From NCBI GenBank assembly GCA_964016885.1, contig OZ024743.1:163060001-163124000 (forward strand): DNA of 64,000 nt, written 5' to 3'. Source of the stretch: Eledone cirrhosa. Taxonomy: Eukaryota. Below the pieces are notes generated by a model. It saw nothing but the letters and a program-made list of their open reading frames with translations. It was not told where the DNA came from and searched no databases. Made by a program: the position numbers and the translations under genes. Of the stretch, positions 1 through 13,854 are shown one piece after another. Numbering within the stretch: the first letter of the stretch is position 1; each line of letters begins with the position of its first letter.

Positions 1-639
1 CATAATATAATATATAATTACTTATAATTACAAGGTTGGTGAACAGATATGCATGTGGATGAGTGAGTAAGGGCCAGACAGTAAATATAATGCACAGTAG
101 TATTACAAATAAAATATAAAATATAAAATATAGAATAAAATAAATAAATAGAATCAACCGGAAATTAAAAAACAAAAACAAACGTATACATTTAGGTCTC
201 ACATGCAGTTAAGTAAAAACTAAGGAAACAACCCCTGTAAATGACTCGAAAACCCTATTTGATAAATTAATATTAAAAATATTTAAACTATCCAATAAGG
301 CAGTATAATATTAGCTATAGTTTAAGTAATTAAAGTTTATAAACGTTAATATTTCGTTACAAATGTTTACAAAAAGGAATGAATTTTTTTACTATCATAT
401 ACATAACGATATCTAAAAAACTGACTTAAGCAGAATTAAGGTAGGCTAATAGGGACAGAAATGAAGAAATATATGGAGGATGCAAATGGGCATAAAATCA
501 TAGTCAATATACTATATTAAATAATAGAAAGGAGCGTAAAAGAGGGGGGGGGGTAAATATAATCATAGTCAATTTGGAGGGGTTGACAATAGGTTTATGT
601 GCGCATGGGGAGGAGGGGGGTTATCCAAAGAAGAATCCG

Positions 640-765
640 AATAAAAATAAAAATAAAAATAAAAATAAAAATAAAAATAAAAATAAAAATAAAAATAAAA
701 ATAAAAATAAAAATAAAAATAAAAATAAAAATAAAAATAAAAATAAAAATAAAAATAAAATAAAT
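640..765. repeat. (AAAAAT)n microsatellite
   Basis: About 20 perfect hexamer units; explains the NKNK ORF 574..807. Confidence 0.95.
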
Positions 766-970
766 AGCGTAAAATATATAATCTTATATATATTCATAAG
801 GTGTTAATAGTGAAAATTTAATGCGTAAGAAGATAGATATGGTACAGTAGCCAAAAGATTATGAGAGCTAGAATAAAGAGTCATCAAAAACCAATGATAA
901 TAATGATGATAATAATAATGTTGGTAAACAAAAGAACCTAAACTAAAAAATAAGTAATGGAATATATCAG

Positions 971-1560
971 CTAATGGGTACAATTTGTACTACTAGAACA
1001 TTTAGGTTTATAATAAAAGTATGAATTAGAAATAGCGTGGGGGCAAGAAGAGAATATCTCAGACTTTCTATTAAGTAAGGATACGCTAGAGAAAATTATA
1101 GAGTGTGTCTCGAGGATACAGAGATTACAAAACTTAGTATGTGTAGAAAGGTGGTTAGAGCGTGCTACTAAACGCCAGTTAAGGCTATATGGTATATTAG
1201 CTCCCTTAAGATCCCAGATATAATGTGCTAAAGAAGTAGAATTCTTAAACTTAACATGTTTGAAATTAGAGATATGAGAGTTAAACCTAGTCTTAAAAGT
1301 GTTAGATGTAGAGCCTATATAAGTTCTATTAGAGGAATTAGTTATGACTTCGCAAGCATAGACAATGTTCTTAGAAAGGCAGTTACCGTTTAAAGGACAG
1401 TTAGCACTCACTCTACAATTGCACTTCCGGGTGTTATTGGTTGGCTCAAGTGGTGATGCATTACACGTAGGATTGCTATTAGATAAGGTCTGTTCTGGTG
1501 GTAATGCATTTCCAGATCTGTTCAGACTAGTAGTATGTAGAGAGGAGAATCCATCCCTAA
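971..1560 (-). pseudogene. 5'-truncated Penelope-like (Naiad-type) GIY-YIG endonuclease C-terminus; AT-rich 3' region runs toward the window start
   Basis: CNCRVSANCPLNGNC-x-NIVY...YIGSTSNTFKTRFNSH...CNLCILE...LLNRKSEIFSSCPH; 5' end abuts (TA)n. Confidence 0.88.
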
Positions 1561-1712
1561 TTTTCCTATTATATATATATATATTCATTAGTTAAGCAAA
1601 ACAAGACCACAAATTTCACAAGGAAGACATTATTAAAAGATTGTCAACATATTTTAGTTTGATGTAAGGAATGTAGAGAATAATAATAATAATATTAATA
1701 ATAATAATGTCC

Positions 1713-1832
1713 GTTTACAATTGTTTCGCTACTCCATATTAAATTTCTGGATCAGATGACTATATATCATAATTGATCTGGTTCAGTTGAAAATAATTAA
1801 CATATTTAAAAAACAGAGCGGCTCATCGGAAC
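1713..1832 (-). ncRNA. Type I hammerhead-like motif, CCGAUGA core variant
   Basis: Mirror copy of 4371-4490. Confidence 0.55.
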
Positions 1833-1858
1833 TTCAAAGGAATATAAATTAAAATAAT

Positions 1859-2042
1859 TGTTTCTACTTTAGGCACAAGGCCAGCAATTACCCAGTGCAT
1901 TGCTGGTACTTTATTTTATCGGCCCCGTAAGGATGAAAGGCAAAGTCAACCTCGGCGGGATTTGAACTCAGATCGTAAAGGGACGTAACTATGCTGGAAA
2001 GCATGGCGTCCGACCCTCTACCGATACTGCCAATCCACCGCC
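1859..2042 (-). mobile_element. tRNA-derived SINE with Meta-domain-like core
   Basis: A box TGGCAGTATCGG, B box GAGTTCAAATCC, core GACTTTGCCTTTCATCCTT..GGGG.CGATAAAAT; 17-bp TSD ATATAAATTAAAATAAT (1842-1858 and 2049-2065). Confidence 0.9.
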
Positions 2043-2416
2043 ATATATATATAAATTAAAATAATGAGAGAATGTTACATAATATAATGTTCCATATATT
2101 GGTTTTTCACTATGGTACTTGGTTGCATCAGTTGTCAGCCATAATCAAGCAGTATTCATCTGTCGAGGCTGCATTGTGTGAGATCTGCCTATGGGTAACA
2201 AGATGCCTGCCAAAGGACATATTTACCTTACTAATTAGAGGGTGGTTTCAGGGGAAGTAACTCCTCGAGAGATTAGAAATTGTTGGTAGTTTATAGTTAA
2301 GTACTAATTTTTAAATTTTTTAATTGAGAGACAATGTAGGGGAGGTAACTTATAATTATCTAAGTTAGTCATAGCTATTTAACTTATTAGCTACAAGTAA
2401 AAATGGGGCTAGATGA

Positions 2417-3875
2417 CTAAGTTGAGTCAAATATTCTATTGGCGAAGGAATTAGCCCTTCGATGTTGACAGCTAATAGTTACCTCCGTTCTATCGTTAAT
2501 CGGTAGAGGTCGTGATAGAGTTATGTAATATGCTTCTGTAATACAGAGATCACAAGATTTTCTTCGTCCATTGAACGGTTGGGCCCTAACCACGATATCC
2601 CATTTTAGTGAGTGTTGAACGTTGCTTAATTTAAGGTTTTTAATGAGCCTAACTAGCGATGTCGAACATCTGTTGCTAGGGTCTCGGAAGAAAAAAGAGT
2701 GCGCGTTATAGCGTACCTTAAAAGGGTTAGAGGTAGACCCGATATAAGAGCTGGTATTCGAAGCAGTTTTAACCGTGCACCTATAGACTATGTTGGGTGT
2801 CAGGCAGTGTCCATTTAATGGGCATGCATTAGGGTAACGGCAGTTGCAGTTGCTTCTGCGGTTAGTGAGAGTAGGGTAGTTTAACCTAAGCGGTAGGTCA
2901 GTGCTAGAAGGATTAGATGGGGGAGGTGTGCTACTAGAGTAATTATTGGTGTAGTGGCGTGGTGTATTTGATAGGGTGGTGGTACCGCGGTGTGGGAGTT
3001 ATACTGTCTTAGTTTATGATGGTTACTGAATGCGATGTGGATAGCTAGGTTAGGTGTTGTGGAGAATGAGATTTTAATGTTATTTTTATTAAAGAGTTTG
3101 TAATATCTATGGTTGGGGGGGGAGTTAGATAGGATAGAGAAGAAGCGTTTAGGGATATTAGTGGCTAGATTAGATGAGAATGGGGGGTTAAGCCAGGTGA
3201 TATTTCTAGGTCTATTCCTTCTAGGGGTTCTAGTGGAGTTGGTAGGGGCCTTCCTAGGGTTATTACTACCTGGGGATTTGTTATTTGTCATCCCACTTCT
3301 CATTCTTATTCTAGGGTTGATTTTTAGTTTGCTACTTGGAGTGGGGAGCAGGCCGCTGCCACCATTAAACTTCCCTGTATAGGTGCTGTTACTGCTAAAA
3401 TTCCGGCGTATCTGGCTATATGCTAAGGTATTTCTAGTTCTAGTGTTAAGTTTATTATTGTGAATTGCTGTGTTATGGCATTTAGGTATGTAATAAATTG
3501 ATTGTTCATAACCAGATTCAGAAAGAGCCTTATTATAATATTGTGCATGGTTTATAAATATTTCCTCATTTGCTGATAGCATTGAGATCCTATACGAAAT
3601 AGATTTGATTACTGCTCTGATGACTGCCGGTGGGTGGTTAGAGTGTGGGCTAATATATGTGAGTATTTCACCTGGTTTATGGTAAGGGTAATATAGGTTA
3701 TTGTTGAGATCCAGGGTGACGTCTAGGAAGTTTACTACTTTATGGTTCGGCTCGATGGTGATAGAAAGACCGTTATTTTTAAAGAATCTATGTAATTGTT
3801 TTTTTAGCAAATCAATGCCCCGATTAGTGCAATTGTGGACTGCAAATAGGGCGTCGTCCCTGTATATTCCGCCTT
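2417..3875 (-). pseudogene. PLE RT C-terminal half, linker and GIY-YIG EN (frameshifted)
   Basis: GGIYRDDAL, VNFLDVTLDL, PYHKP..SNHPP, WLNPPFS; then in another frame CNCRYPNACPLNGHC..NIVY..YIGSTSNPFKVRYNAH..CDLCITE..SCQH, stop at 2417. Confidence 0.9.
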
Positions 3876-4370
3876 GCATATTACATAACTCTATCACGAC
3901 CTCTACTGATTAACGATAGAACGGAGGTAACTATTAGCTGTCAACATCGAAGGGCTAATTCCTTCACCAATAGAATATTTGACCCAACTTAGTCATCTAG
4001 CGCCATTTTTACTTGTAGCTAATAAGTTAAATAGCTATGACTAACTTAGATAATTATAAGTTACCTCCCCCACATTGTCTCTCAATTAAAAAATTTAAAA
4101 ATTAGTACTTAACTATAAACTACCCACAATTTCTAATCTCTCGAGGAGTTAATTCCCCTGAAACCACCCTCTAATTAGTAAGGTAAATATGTCCCTTGGC
4201 AGCCATCTTGTTATCCATAGGCAGATCTCACACAATGCAGCCTCGACAGATGAATACTGCTTGATTATGGCTGACAACTGATGCAACCAAGACACCATAG
4301 TGAAAAACCAATATATGGAACATTATATTATGTAACATTCTCTCATTATTTTAATTTATATTCCTTTGAA

Positions 4371-4490
4371 GTTCCGATGAGCCGCTCTGTTTTTTAAATA
4401 TGTTAATTATTTTCAACTGAACCAGATCAATTATGATATATAGTCATCTGATCCAGAAATATTATATGGAGTAGCGAAACAATTGTAAAC
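4371..4490 (+). ncRNA. Type I hammerhead-like motif, CCGAUGA core variant, long stem II
   Basis: gtt-CCGATGA-gccgctctgt...atggagtagc-GAAA-CAATTG-TA^aac. Confidence 0.6.
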
Positions 4491-4873
4491 AGATATTATT
4501 ATTATTATTAATATTATTATTATTATTCTCTACATTCCTTACATCAAACTAAAATATGTTGACAATCTTTTAATAATGTCTTCCTTGTGAAATTTGTGGT
4601 CTTGTTTTGCTTAACTAATTAATATTTCCAGCTCTGCGCACCTAACTTCTGCATGAACCCAGCCACCTTAGCTGCTTTCTACTGCATATTGCACATTGAG
4701 CACATGCCTTTACGCTTTGGCTTCTAACTAATTCACCAATCTCTCCTCTCATATCTCCTCTCCTATCTCCATCTCTCTCTTTAAGATTGGTTACTCTTGA
4801 ACTGTATATATATATATATATTTTTTTTTTTATATATATATACATTCATAGATAAATACATACATATGTTTAC

Positions 4874-4964
<91 letters not shown>

Positions 4965-4965
4965 T

Positions 4966-6400
4966 ACACGAATCAAAGTTCTGTTCAAACCATTTATTCG
5001 CTTACAATTGTTTATTCCAAACCGAGGTTTGGAGTCTTCGGAGCAATTTTTCAATGATTGTTTACATACATGACCTCCTTTCCAACACAAGAGACATACA
5101 GAAACATATGTATATATTGATGCACAGTGGGTTGACATCCATTATAATATTTTAGCATGGCAATTTACATTCAAAGATTAAAGTCATATTAACAGAAAAC
5201 AAAATTAAGGTTAAAATATAACACTGGCAGTTTACGAAGATAATGCAAGAGAATAGTTAGAAGTAGTTAGTGTATGCAATAGTTGCACGTGTGTCTTATT
5301 TATATAAGATTATAGTGCGGCAGGGTGTTATATGTAATACAAGCACTTTAAGCGGGCAATCAAGAGTATTATGGGGGTTGTATTGGTAAAGTATTTTTTT
5401 ATATGTATGATATAGAAGCTTGTGTGCAGAGAAATATTAAAAATATTAAAAATGAGAAGCAAAACAATGTTATGATAGAGGGTAATCATCCTAATATGAA
5501 CACCTTTAGTACTTCTTGATAGACTACACTGTAATTTATAGATAGGATACTTAAATTTAGAAACTGTTTATAACCTTATATGATAGGGACTCATTTGAGA
5601 CACCATTTAATGTACATTAGGATAATAAATTTAGTTATAGAAATCAGCTAGTTACCTCCCCTTACGCATTAACTCCCCTTAATCACACACACACTTCCGG
5701 AAAATAATACGATGTTAATTCTCGCAACAAAAACAACCTGCTCTATAAAATTGGATTAAAGAACAACAAGCTGTAATATTCTAACATAATTCATCAAGCA
5801 TCCAATATTGAATCATCGTAGATTATGTGAAGGACATATAATCTATATATTACGTTTCCTGGATTGTGAAAATGGTGGTGTATACGAAAACCAAAACATT
5901 GTTTTGCTTCTCATTTTTAATATTTTTAATATTTCTCTGCACACAAGCTTCTATATCATACATATAAAAAAAATACTTTACCAATACAACCCCCATAATA
6001 CTCTTGATTGCCCGCTTAAAGTGCTTGTATTACATATAACACCCTGCCGCACTATAATCTTATATAAATAAGACACACGTGCAACTATTGCATACACTAA
6101 CTACTTCTAACTATCCTTTTGCATTATCTTCGTAAACTGCCAGTGTTATATTTTAACCTTAATTTTGTTTTCTGTTAATATGACTTTAATCTTTGAATGT
6201 AAATTGCCATGCTAAAATATTATAATGGATGTCAACCCACTGTGCATCAATATATACATATGTTTCTGTATGCCTCTTGTGTTGGAAAGGAGGTCATGTA
6301 TGTAAACAATCATTGAAAAATTGCTCCGAAGACTCCAAACCTCGGTTTGGAATAAACAATTGTAACCGAATAAATGGTTTGAACAGAATTTTGATTCATG
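4966..6400. mobile_element. Non-coding PLE-type inverted repeat (arms about 4966-5471 and 5895-6400) with a degenerate HHR in each arm (4998-5046 -, 6321-6369 +)
   Basis: About 500-bp near-perfect inverted arms; ttgct-CCGAAGA-ctccaaac ctcg gtttggaa-TAAA-CAATTG-TA^agcga. Confidence 0.75.
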
Positions 6401-6568
6401 TAATTTCTATATAACTGCTCTGTAGAACAACTGATGTTATTACATTGAGCTAGTTATCTTACTGGTAATAAGGTAGTAATAAATTACTGTCTTTCACTAT
6501 TTAAGGTTTAAAATATATATAACTATAAAAGGTTTTAGTATATACATAACCATAAATAATATCCTTAA

Positions 6569-6608
<40 letters not shown>

Positions 6609-6733
6609 CATACATGCATAGATAAATACATACATATGTTTACAAGTATATACATATATACGGTACTTGGCAAATAACTATATGTATCACCTATCCTCCC
6701 CTTTTTTTTGTCTCTCTCGATACGACGTAAATA

Positions 6734-6807
<74 letters not shown>

Positions 6808-7656
6808 CCATTTTTCTAAGCCTTATGGGACTTTGCATTCAAAATCTTCATTAGAAGTCCTATAAACAGCAACCAGGTAAATTTATTTGATTTGATTTGT
6901 TTCAGATTTATTCAATTACAGATTTTCGATGAGATCGAGTCCCGTTCTGTCTCTGTGTGTAAAGTATTATAACTTGCGTATTATTCACCCGATCTCATTT
7001 TACACATTGCTAAAGGGGGATGCGAGATGTTTTTATAAAAGAAACATAACCACTTTAGATGATGCTGTATATTGTGTATTACAAGACTCTTTTATTAATT
7101 AGCACTGATGAACTGTATTACTTCTAGAACCTACAAGGTCGACAAGTATTGTACTCAGTAATTTGATTGCCGATGTCACGGAATATAGTTGTTGTAAGCG
7201 ACAATTCCTTAACGACATATACATAACATTTACAGCATTGTGTTTCACAATTTCTTCTCGGTGATCAGTCAGTTTGTAATGATATTTTCTTTATAGCTCA
7301 TTGAACATTTGGAGTAGGTTCTGTAGTATATCAGTCTCTGGTCGACAGTTAATGATTTGTTTCAGATTTATTCAATTACAGATTTTCCATAGAATGCACG
7401 GAAAAGCAAGAGTCACATTGGAAGAAAAACAAGAAATGCTTTTGCTTTGCGTTCTTTGCACGCAAGCGAGACAGAAGAACAATGTATGCTACGGCGTGCT
7501 CGCAATGCTGCTTCTACTTCGATCGCCAGAGCATTATAGACTGCTGAACAAGCAGAACCCCGGCTCGCTTGCGATGCTGCTTCTACTTCAAATAGCCGTG
7601 CTTTAGAGACTGTTGACCAGAGGGCAACAAGGCTTGCGGCTGATTCTCAACGAAAA

Positions 7657-10178
7657 ATGCGTTCTCGTGTCTTTCCGAGGGTTTCTTCCTGTTACTGGTC
7701 TAAGAAGGCTTTTCATTACAGCCTCCAAGAGGACTACGCATCCCACCCACATATCATCATTGGTAGCATGTCAACTGTTTGCGTATATTGTAACGCAATG
7801 AGGTGGCCAGCAGAATCTACCGGTATATGCTGCTCCAATGGAACGGTTAGATTGCCTCATTTACAAGTCCGTGCAGAACCTTTGAATTCTCTGCTGCTTG
7901 GAGACCACCCTGATTCTAAACACTTTCTTAGAAATATAAGAGCCTACAATTCGGCTTTCCAAATGACAAGCTTTGGTCATACACCAATAAAACATGGAAA
8001 TTATATGCCCACATTCAAAGTGCAAGACCAACTTTACCATCAAATTGGCTCCCTTATTCCACAAGATGGCGATGAACACAGTTTTCTCCAGATTTACTTT
8101 ATGGAGAACGGATCTGAAGAAACTGCACGAAGAGCTTCAGTTGCTAAAGGAACAATACATTTTCTCCTGCAGCCCCTTCAATATATGCTTCATACCATAA
8201 ACCCCTACGTCACCATTTTCAAAACTGCTTTTCAGCGTAGAGATGCTAACACCAATCAATTCAAGGTTGTCATTCGAGGTGACCGCGCTCCACCAGGGCA
8301 GCATCAGGGTTGCTTTAACAGACCCCAAACCGATGAAGTTGTGGTGCTTATAACAAGTCTTAATAGGAGTGCTTCAAACCGTGATATTGTTCTTGAATGG
8401 CAAGACTCGCGTCTTCAAAAAATAAATGAACTTCATCCTGCATATGATGCCCTCCAATATCCATTACTGTTCCCATTTGGCGACGATGGCTACCGCATTG
8501 ACTTGCCAAAGTGTAATCCGGTAACTTTAATGCATCTTCAACCACGGAAAACCATTTCACAAATGGAATTTTATGCATTTAGACCTATGGTTCGCAAAAA
8601 CGACATCAACATTCTGCATAGAACACGGATGCTCCTCAATCAATACTGTGTAGACGTATTTGCTAAGGTAACTATTTCTTATTTTATGATTTCGTTCAGA
8701 AAATTTCCTTAGCCAATTCACTCAATATTTACCACAATTTCTTCCTTTTCCAGATTGACACTGAACGCCTCCAATGGATAAGACACCATCAAAAGGAACT
8801 GCGTTCAGAAGAATACGGCAATCTACGGGATGAAGTCAACCGAATTGATTAGGTTATTGCTTCGGATGTTGGGCTTTCTGTCATTCTCCCATCGTCATAC
8901 ACTGGAGTCCCCCGTTACATGCATGAAAAAATGCAGGATGCTCTCATCTATGTCCGCCATTGTGGCCGTCCTGATCTTTTCATCACCTTCACATGCAATC
9001 CAAAATGGTTTGACATCCAGTCTCACTTACTTCATGGCCAAAATCCTTCACACAGGCATGATATCACATCTAGAGTGTTTCACCTAAAACTTATGAAAAT
9101 GATGGATGTTATAAAATACGGACAACTTTTTGGACCAGTAAGGTGTTTCATGTACACCGTAGAATGGCAGAAGAGAGGACTCCCACATGCCCATATTCTC
9201 CTTTGGCTTAAAAAAAAGCTCATGTCAACTGATGTTGATTCCGTTATATATGCTTAATTGCCAAATCCCCAAGAAGACCCTGTCCTTTTTCAAATTATAA
9301 AAGCCAACATGATCCATGGACCGTGAGGCCACCTAAATCCAAAATCTGCATGTATGGATAATGGGAAATGTACAAAGCGTTACCCACGTAAACTTATCCA
9401 TGAAACCAAAACTGGTGATGATGGCTACCCTTTATACCGTCGCAGGGCACCGCAGGAGAGTGGACACACGGCAACTATAACAATGGTTGGTGGTCAAGAT
9501 TTCAAAACCGTTGGATTGTACCACATAACAAGGTGCTTTGTAAAATGTTTTCAGCCCACATTAATGTTGAATTCTGCAACTCGTAAAATCAATCCAATAC
9601 ATCTGCAAGTATGTTCATAAGGGAGCCGATCGAGCAGTTATTGAGTTGGCTAAGACCGATAACCCTGATGCCGCCACAGATGAAGTCACGTTTTTCCAAA
9701 CTGGACGCTACATCTCTTCTAACGAGGCATTTTGGCGCATATTTGGTTTTCCGATCCATGAACGTGAACCTGCAGTTATTCACCTCAGCGTTCATTTGGA
9801 GAATGGTCAACGGGTGTATTTTAACCAAGAAAATATGCTTGACTGTGCAAGACAACCTCGAATAACTACCCTTACCGGATTCTTTGAACTTTGTACTTCT
9901 GATTCTCTTGCCAGAACACTTCTTTATGAGGAGTTGTCTACATTCTACACGTGGAATAAATCTTCCCGCTGTTAGCAAAGAAGCGAGGACGCATTTCACA
10001 AAGGGATGCTTCGATGCGTGAGTCTGATGACACAGTTCACCCGCTCAATTCAGAATGCTTTCACCTTCGTCTTCTATTGCACGTTGTCAAAGGTCCAACT
10101 TCCTTTGAAGACTTTCGTACCGTCAATGGCCATATTTGTTCAACATTTAAAGAGGCCTGCTCCAAATTAGGTCTCCAA
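7657..10178 (+). pseudogene. Helitron Rep (HUH endonuclease) region with intron, stops and frameshifts; truncated before the helicase
   Basis: CxxC..CCSNG, FLRNIRAYNSAFQMTSFG, YDALQYPLLFPFG, PDLFITFTCNPKW, EWQKRGLPHAHILLW, YICKYVHKG, RYISSNEAFWRIF, TFKEAC; GT-AG intron at 8668-8753. Confidence 0.93.
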
Positions 10179-10915
10179 ATAAAGTGTTGATATTAGTAGT
10201 GAGTGGAAGGGTTAATATGTAAAGAGGAAGCTCAGAGTGGTTGAGTCATCGTTGGTGTATTAATCCAGCTAAAAAGGAGGTGCGATTTCAGGTGCGGACA
10301 ACTTCTGAAGATCTCAGTCTTAGAATTGAGGCAAGTGGGGATGTTTTCAGGTTTTGAAGAATTCTGAATTTTTCCGTTGTACACAAAGAACATTTCTTTG
10401 TGCCCCTTCGGTATTCGCTTGAGTGGTCTAAAATTGACCAATCAATAGTGTATGGAATGTTTCTGTCTTTAAACTTCCACACTTTATCTGCCAGCGCCGT
10501 TGATGTTCTTTTTTCAGGGTGTTTAAATGAAGCGACATATGCATAATACTTGATTTTAAATCTGTCCTGTGTCATGCCAACATATCACTCGCTTCTGGCT
10601 AGCTGGTTATTAATAATCGGTGTCAACTTGGCCTCATATATAATAGATTTGGTGTTACATTTTCCCTGTAATGGGCATTCATCAGCTTCCCTACAGCTGC
10701 ATCCTAGATTTCCTCTAGTTACATTTGTGTTGGTGATTTTACTTTTCATTGATGGGCAGCAAGTGTAGCTGATTTTAACTAAATTTCTATTAAATATCTT
10801 ATTATACCTATGATTTTGGGGGAAATGTTTGTCTAGGAGTTCGAGGAATTTTCTTCCTACGTTAGTTTTAACAGTTAGAGAGAAAGGTGTAAACCATATA
10901 ATTTTCTTTTCCTGT
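10179..10915 (-). pseudogene. PLE (Naiad-type) linker and GIY-YIG EN fragment
   Basis: CSCREADECPLQGKC..IIY..YVGMTQDRFK..STALADKVW..CSLCTTEK..LNSKTEIFRSCPH, with a stop and a frameshift. Confidence 0.88.
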
Positions 10916-10985
10916 TATATATATGTGTATGTGTATATATATATGTATATGTATATATGTGTATATATATATATGTGTATATGTT

Positions 10986-11052
<67 letters not shown>

Positions 11053-11059
<7 letters not shown>

Positions 11060-11500
11060 ATATTAATAAATGGAAACTATATTTATAAAACCATATTTAT
11101 TTTATTATATATATTTCAAGGGCAACCAAAGCAAATTATGGTGCGCTTTTATCAGATAAAATACAGATTTGTTTTATAAATAAATATTGACATACCCGGA
11201 AAAAATACAAATTCCTATTGGAGCTTCCTATCCCGGAAGCTCCAACCGTTAAGGTTGTCTTTTTCCGGGTATGTCAATATTTATTTATAAAACAAATCTG
11301 TATTTTATCTGATGAAAGCGCACCATAATTTGCTTTGGTTGCCCTTGAAATATATATAATAAAATAAATATGAATTTATAAATATAGTTTCCATTTATTA
11401 ATATATTGTGTATTTACTCCACTAACTTGTTGAGTGCTTTATATCAGTTATAAAAATGTTTAAGCTTGTTGAATCCCAACAAATTAAATATAACCTCTGC
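11053..11500. mobile_element. Non-autonomous HHR element family A, palindromic insertion
   Basis: Inverted arms about 11053-11205 and 11260-11410; same family at 12556-12930, 14635-14945 and 31270-31810. Confidence 0.85.
11301..11366 (+). ncRNA. Type I minimal hammerhead ribozyme (family A)
   Basis: tattttat-CTGATGA-aagcgcacca..tggttgccctt-GAAA-TATATA-TA^ataaaata; 8-bp stem I. The mirror copy 11098-11163 has CTGATAA. Confidence 0.85.
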
Positions 11501-11557
11501 ATATATATATATATTAATTCAAAATATTAACAAAATAGATATTCTTGTGATCAAGTA

Positions 11558-11624
11558 TATTTTATTATACATATTTCAGAGGTACTGAGTTAAGTTCAAC
11601 AGTACGTCCTCATCAGATAAAATA
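11558..11624 (-). ncRNA. Type I hammerhead ribozyme (distinct stem II)
   Basis: tattttat-CTGATGA-ggacgtactg..cagtacctct-GAAA-TATGTA-TA^ataaaata. Confidence 0.85.
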
Positions 11625-12555
11625 AGATGGTGCATGACATACCCTGACATAGTAGATGGTTAAGATTCAGTCATGGTAGTGATTAATATATGACAAAACT
11701 CAATATTTATACCCTAATATTGAGAACATGAGAAAAATATATAATACAAACAATAGAGAGGGTGCGTGTAATACAGCTTAAAAAATACATAGCATCAATA
11801 TAGCAGTTAAACGAAAAAAAATTATTTTTTTATTTAAAACTACTGAAGAAAGAGGAAAGAAAGGAAAGCATAGAGGAAGAGACAGCTGATGGGATACTAT
11901 ATTTAGTAGGTGCCTCGAAAAACAAATGAAAGATGATTAAAGAGAGAGAGAGACAAAGGGGAGTAATTTTTGTTCAAGTTTATAGGCAATTATCCATATA
12001 TGCAATATATATCTAAACTTATTTAGTTGACCGTTAATATTCAAAATATTTAATTTAAGTTATTTCAGAGTAATGAGTAATATTTTAGGTTTTAAAAGTT
12101 AATAGGTATCTGTATTAATATTATATTATACTATCAAGTTTAATTTCTAAAATTCAAATTTTATGAAAACAAATTTAAAGGATTTACGAAACACAAGAAA
12201 GAAAATATATATAATGCTTTTATACCCCCACGAAGGGAAATCTTTACCAAAATTATTTATAATATTGACAACAGTTTATATAATATAATTTATAAAATAA
12301 TTATAGTTATAATTATTAAAGAATTTATGATTAAACAGTTTGAGTGCCTAAAGGATCAACCGGCCTTATTACTAAACTTAAATAAGTCTGAATTTTTAAT
12401 TATATATATGTGTTAATCAAAAAGTACACAAGGATTCTAATGTCTAATGACTTAAGGTGATACCTTTCAAATATATATAACATAATACAAAAACACAATA
12501 TAGTAAATAAGTTACTGAAAATATTGTTAAAAAATATATATTGTTAACATATATG

Positions 12556-12930
12556 TAGAAGTTATATTTAATTTGTTGGGATACAACAAGCAAAATATTT
12601 TTATAACTGATATAAAGCACTCAACAAATTATTGGAGTAAATATACAATATATTAACAAAAGGAAACTATATTTATAAAACCATATTTATTTCATTATAC
12701 ATATTTCAAGGGCCACCAAGGCAAACTATGGTGCGCTTTCATCAGATAAAATATAATATAGGTTAGTTTTATAAATAAATATTGACATACCCTGAAAAAA
12801 TGCAACCATATTATATTTTATTTTATCTGATGAAAGCGCACCATAGTTTGCCTTGGTGGCCCTTGAAATATGTATAATGAAATAAATATGGTTTTATAAA
12901 TATAGTTTCCATTTGTTAATATATTGTATT
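12556..12930. mobile_element. Family A palindromic insertion with HHRs at 12688-12753 (-) and 12819-12884 (+)
   Basis: Both arms have an intact CTGATGA...GAAA-TATGTA-TA core. Confidence 0.85.
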
Positions 12931-12998
12931 GTTAACATATATTGTTAAAAAAATTAATGTTTTATGTCAATTATTGTGAAATGTTCATTTAGTTGATA

Positions 12999-13763
12999 TC
13001 TTTATATATATAAAAGCGAGGATGTGTGTGTGTATGTGTACAACTTGGCATGCATAAGGCTTTCACAATTACCAACTGAATTTGACCAAATTTTCTGTGC
13101 ACGTTGCACAGGTCGCTAAGATTGTTACATCACAAACATTTTTCAAATCGACCCACGTTGAGCAACAAAAAAATCGATATCAAAATTATCGGTAGAAAAA
13201 TTGATGTAAGGGAGATAACAAACTTTATTGACAATCCTTATAAAAAAGGGAGATAACCTTTTCACCAAATATGCCCCGTATTAACTTTTTGTACTTTAAC
13301 AAAACTGCCTGTTTTTTTTACAGATTTGCAACGTGTATTGTCTTTAATCATTTGTATAACTACATCCTGTTCAGTGTTTTCCTTTATTATCAGCATAGTT
13401 TTATGTGTACAAAGATTGCACTAAATATTCGTTTGCATTAATTATTGAAGACTTCTGCTTATTTTGACAGGTTGGGGACAAATAATTGTTTCTACTTTTG
13501 GCACAAGGCCAGCAATTACCCAGTACATTACTGGTACTTTATTTTATCGACCCCGTAAGGATGAAAGGCAAAGTTAACCTTGGCGGGATTTGAACTCAGA
13601 CCATAAAGGGCCGTAACTCTTTGCTGCAAAGCATGGCGTCCGACCCTCTACCGATACTGCCAATCCACCGCCCTTGGGGACAAATAATGTTCTTCTTTTA
13701 CTTCCTAGCTGTATATTCTTAGCATAATTTCAAACCCCGAGCAACGCCGGGTAAATCTGCTAG
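12999..13763 (+). mobile_element. Non-autonomous Helitron
   Basis: A|TCTTTATATATATAAAAG 5' end; 3' hairpin CCCGAGCAACGCCGGG then CTAG|T. Confidence 0.85.
13487..13673 (-). mobile_element. Meta-like tRNA SINE inserted in the Helitron
   Basis: Same family as 1859-2042; 15-bp TSD TTGGGGACAAATAAT (13472-13486 and 13674-13688). Confidence 0.9.
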
Positions 13764-13854
13764 TATACTCTAAATATATAAGTCAAAACTACATTCTTTG
13801 ATGTATTCATTGAACCTTGTTTAACTTTTAAATATATATATATATATATATATA

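Larger units (their letters stand above)
1587..4804 (-). mobile_element. Penelope-like element with inverted 3' repeat (arms 1587-2533 and 3876-4619)
   Basis: Arms are reverse complements apart from a SINE inserted in the left arm. They enclose RT-EN coding sequence and each carries an HHR-like motif. Confidence 0.9.
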
